Below are positions 38,987-41,613 of a stretch of DNA of 41,613 nt, piece after piece. The notes beneath the pieces are model-generated. The model was not told the origin of the DNA. It ran no database searches and saw only the letters and a program-made list of their open reading frames with translations. The stretch's first letter is position 1. The number at the start of each line of letters is the position of its first letter. The position numbers were made by a program, and so were the translations under genes. The DNA comes from a virus. The DNA lies in IMG/VR virus record IMGVR_UViG_3300036846_000521, positions 1 to 41,613 of that record, one strand, 5' to 3'.

Positions 38987-40474
38987 TCACGGCGCGATGA
39001 ATCCGGAGACGAGGACGGTGATCGCTTGCGTGCCGGCGAGCGCGCAGAGCGCCGCGGCCGTCGGCAGGCGGATCGGGGTCTTGAACGTCAGGAGCACCGG
39101 GTGCGGATCGTCGCTCGTCGCGACGCCGACGTGGCGGCCGCTCCCTGGCGGCAGAATCGGCGCCGTGCCGACGCTGCAATTCGCGCCGGTGCCGGCGAGC
39201 AGCTGCACGGCGCCGGCCGTCGTCGACGTCGAGACCGCGAAGATATCCGTGACGTAGATCGCCAGGCCCGCCGCCGGCGCGCTGCAGCCGGTGAGAACCG
39301 TCGCCGTCGTCGTAATCCCGTCGCCGGTGCACGCGACGCGGTTGGGATGATCCTGCCGCACGAAGGCCGCGCCGTAGGCGTCGACGCTCAGCTGCGCATA
39401 GTCGCCATCGGCGTTCGTGGTTTGCGTCGCCGTGTCCTTGCGCACGTTGAGCGCGAAGACGCCGACGTCGCCGGAGGCGTGCGCGCCGTCCTCGTTCTTG
39501 CCGAGTTGATTGCCGTTGGTGCCGGGCAGCACGTTGGCGAGCGAGGCGACGTGCGTGGTCACGCCGATTTCGAACGCGGATCCGGTCGACATCGGGCCGG
39601 AGATGAGCGGCAGCGGCAGAAACTTATTGCTTTGGTAAATGCCCCCGACGAGGTAACCGGGCGATGCCGCACTGAGCGGAGTGCCGCTCGGGTACAGGTG
39701 GGCGATCGGCACCGGCGCGGTCGTCGTCGCCTCGACGAAAATTGTTGCGGTCCCAGCGGTGTAGTTCGACGGGGAGATCCAGACGTTTGTCATCCCCGGT
39801 TGGAGTTGCGCCATGAACGAGAGCGTTTCCGTGCTCCCATTGAAGTGCGCCGCCTCCGTCCGGTACTGGTCGAACGGCCCGATGTTCGAGCCGGTCTGCA
39901 GCAGGACCGCGGGAATCGTGAGGCCGCCGGCGTTTTGCTGCCACAGCCGGAGGTCCGCATTCAGGGTCGTGGTCTGCACTTGGAAATAGACAAATCCGGC
40001 GCCGGTGACGTCGAGCGGCGCGAAGTTCCCGAAGCCGTTGATCGTGTCGGACGTCATCCGCATCGGTGGAAACGGGGAGGCGACCGGGCCGCCGGCGCCG
40101 GCCGTCAACTGCACGCTCGGCGTGCCCGAGGCGTAGCTCGAGAAGCGCACCCGGATCGTCGTCGCGGCGCCGATCGGCACGGTGTAGATGCCGGCGCGGG
40201 TGATCGTCGAGAGCCGCGTGCCGCCATTGTCATAGACCGCGACGTCGGTCAGCGCGGCCGCGCTCGCACCGATCGAGGCTTGCAGCGCCCCGAAGAAGGT
40301 GCCGGTGACGGTGACGGTCGCTTGCGACTTCCCGGTGCCGCCGGTCAGCGTCACGCAGCCGGTGCCGGGGCACGTCGTCGACGAGAGCGTGGCCGTCGTC
40401 GTCGGGTCCTGTGCGGCCGCGGGCGCCGCCAGCAGGCCGAGCAGGGCGGCCGCGCCGATCAGGCGGCGGATCAT
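38987..40474 (-). CDS. Beta-rich Thr/Gly/Ala-rich protein with N-terminal Sec-type signal peptide (495 aa)
   Basis: Internal Met72 of ORF 38987..40687, with an ATGA overlap onto the upstream stop. MIRRLIGAAALLGLLAAPAAA-QDP has n-, h- and AxA regions. The upstream part of the long ORF is Arg-rich shadow. Confidence 0.7.
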   Translation of the reverse strand: MIRRLIGAAALLGLLAAPAAAQDPTTTATLSSTTCPGTGCVTLTGGTGKSQATVTVTGTFFGALQASIGASAAALTDVAVYDNGGTRLSTITRAGIYTVPIGAATTIRVRFSSYASGTPSVQLTAGAGGPVASPFPPMRMTSDTINGFGNFAPLDVTGAGFVYFQVQTTTLNADLRLWQQNAGGLTIPAVLLQTGSNIGPFDQYRTEAAHFNGSTETLSFMAQLQPGMTNVWISPSNYTAGTATIFVEATTTAPVPIAHLYPSGTPLSAASPGYLVGGIYQSNKFLPLPLISGPMSTGSAFEIGVTTHVASLANVLPGTNGNQLGKNEDGAHASGDVGVFALNVRKDTATQTTNADGDYAQLSVDAYGAAFVRQDHPNRVACTGDGITTTATVLTGCSAPAAGLAIYVTDIFAVSTSTTAGAVQLLAGTGANCSVGTAPILPPGSGRHVGVATSDDPHPVLLTFKTPIRLPTAAALCALAGTQAITVLVSGFIAP

Positions 40475-40980
40475 TGCGTCCCTCGACTCTGCGCGTTGAC
40501 GCAGCCGGCGCCGTTCGGCGCGCGCAGGAGGAGGCCGCCGGCGACCGTCAGCCCGCCGAACGGGACCACGCGCAGTTCGTGCGGCTCGAGCGGCTGGCCG
40601 CCGTAGCTGCCGCCGCCGGCGTCGGTGCACTCGATCGGTTGCACCTGGTCGGTGAGGTTGGCGAGCAGCAACGTCGCCACGGCGCAATTGGCCGCCGGCG
40701 TCACCAGCTGCGCCGTCGCCGTCAGGCCGACCAGGCCGGAGTCGAACGGCACGCCTGGCGCCGCGCCGGCCTCGACGATCCGCACGACCAGGCCGTAGTC
40801 GTCGGGCGCCGGCGCGGCGTTGCGTACCGTCGCGCGGGCGCTTCCGTCGGCCGGATCGCCGAGCGCGATCACTTGGCGGTTGACCGCGCCGAGGCCGCCG
40901 TCGACGAGCACGTTGTCGATCTCATAGCCGCCGCCGGCCGGCGCGACCTCGACGACGCTCGGCGCAATCGGGCCGGCCAT
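40471..40980 (-). CDS. Hypothetical beta-rich protein (169 aa)
   Basis: TGATG coupling to the upstream gene. It shares a weak VR(N/K)...DDYGLVV-type motif with the 495-aa protein. Confidence 0.65.
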   Translation of the reverse strand: MAGPIAPSVVEVAPAGGGYEIDNVLVDGGLGAVNRQVIALGDPADGSARATVRNAAPAPDDYGLVVRIVEAGAAPGVPFDSGLVGLTATAQLVTPAANCAVATLLLANLTDQVQPIECTDAGGGSYGGQPLEPHELRVVPFGGLTVAGGLLLRAPNGAGCVNAQSRGTQ

Positions 40981-41429
40981 CAGCGGCGCGCTCCCGCCGG
41001 CGCCGTCGCCATGAGGACGTGGTAGATGCCGCCGCGATGCTGCCAGAGGAGCGAGCCCGGCGTTTCGTTGTCGGGTAGTGTTTCGCGAACGCGGCGCGCG
41101 CGGTGCATCGTGGCCCAGACGAACCCGTCGACCGTGAGCGGCGAATCCTCGAGGAGCTCGTCGATGCGCAGCGCCGCGGCCGGCATATCCGGGTGCGCCG
41201 TCGAGAGGCCGACGGCCGTGACGCGATAGAACGTGTCCTCTTGCGCGCGCCGGCCGAATTCGGCGACGTCGACCTGACTCTCGATCGCCACGAGGACGTA
41301 GCGGGTCGCGCCGGGCGGCGCCACGGCGTAATAGACACCGTTCGGCATCAGCGAGAGCAGCGTCGCGTCGGCCGCCAGGCGCGCGATCAGCGCGTTGTCG
41401 ATCGCCGACGAATCCGCGGGCGCCGTCAC
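40980..41429 (-). CDS. Neck/tail-terminator-like protein, paralogue 1 (DUF3168-like pattern)
   Basis: 149 aa from GTG 41429 (Val35 of ORF 40980..41531), with a GTGA overlap onto the head-closure stop. Sequence: IDNALIARLAADATLLSLMPNGVYYAVAPPGATRYVLV... Confidence 0.55.
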   Translation of the reverse strand: MTAPADSSAIDNALIARLAADATLLSLMPNGVYYAVAPPGATRYVLVAIESQVDVAEFGRRAQEDTFYRVTAVGLSTAHPDMPAAALRIDELLEDSPLTVDGFVWATMHRARRVRETLPDNETPGSLLWQHRGGIYHVLMATAPAGARR

Positions 41430-41613
41430 GCGACGATCTCCTGGCAGACCGCGATCGTCTCGACGCCGAGCTCCTCGGGCGAGGCGACGCCGGTGATCTG
41501 CAGCGTGCGGCCGTTGAAGAGGATCTGGCACTTCGTGGTCAGCTGCGGGTGATACGGCATCGTGACCACGTGGGTCGCTTGCGCCAGGACCGACGTGCTC
41601 ATCGGCGCGAGCC
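41426..41613 (-). CDS. Head-closure protein, 3' part (continuation of 308..1 across the circular junction)
   Basis: ...MSTSVLAQATHVVTMPYHPQLTTKCQILFNGRTLQITGVASPEELGVETIAVCQEIVA, stop TGA at 41426-41428. Nt 41487-41613 duplicate 1-127. Confidence 0.8.
   Translation of the reverse strand, partial: LAPMSTSVLAQATHVVTMPYHPQLTTKCQILFNGRTLQITGVASPEELGVETIAVCQEIVA
41487..41613. repeat. Terminal overlap, right copy (identical to 1..127)
   Basis: Same 127-nt string as 1..127; the window ends exactly at the end of the match. Confidence 0.97.

Larger units (their letters stand above)
1..41613. mobile_element. Complete circularly closed temperate tailed-phage genome (HK97-type head, siphovirus-like tail); unique length 41,486 bp
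   Basis: Full packaging/head/neck/tail module, Cro/CI-type divergent switch and a large serine recombinase are present. An exact 127-bp end overlap closes the circle. Confidence 0.9.

Overview
This 41,613-nt window is a complete, circularly closed genome of a very GC-rich temperate tailed phage, with an HK97-type head and a siphovirus-like non-contractile tail module. Nt 1-127 are repeated exactly at 41487-41613. The unique genome is therefore 41,486 bp, and the arbitrary origin cuts through a head-closure gene. Two transcription arms diverge from a Cro/CI-type switch at about 21.53-21.63 kb and converge at about 29.4-29.5 kb. (i) The leftward (minus-strand) arm is about 33.5 kb. It runs from a cro-like regulator through recombination/replication genes (Cas4-like nuclease, zinc-ribbon DNA-binding protein, initiator-like gene with an internal repeat block, RusA). 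Next come a J-domain protein, a GH-A-like glycosidase, small membrane proteins and an HNH endonuclease. It ends with the ParB-methyltransferase, TerS, TerL, portal, S49 protease, HK97-fold capsid, neck, tail tube, G/GT chaperones with a -1 frameshift, tape measure, an IPT-domain minor tail protein, a 1,024-aa mosaic fibre and a small Cys-rich lipoprotein. (ii) The rightward arm is about 7.8 kb and carries the CI-like repressor, a 7-gene translationally coupled operon of unknown small proteins, a large-serine-recombinase cassette and four more small genes. Most very long ORFs in the six-frame track are Arg/Ala/Gly/Pro-rich shadow ORFs of these genes. Main points for follow-up: 31-bp direct repeats bracket the integrase cassette. 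Tandem G5/C6 hairpins lie downstream of int, with a related copy in a 327-bp coding-poor gap upstream of the packaging genes. An antisense four-gene island (RHH protein plus membrane peptide) sits between terL and portal. Duplicated neck paralogues flank a two-gene cargo that includes a signal-peptide protein. A GATC/GTAC-dense repeat block lies inside the initiator-like gene. A Cys-rich lipoprotein follows the fibre gene, and no lysis cassette is recognisable. No tRNA, rRNA or CRISPR array was seen. All family assignments come from motif recognition by eye; no database searches or computations beyond hand counting were run.
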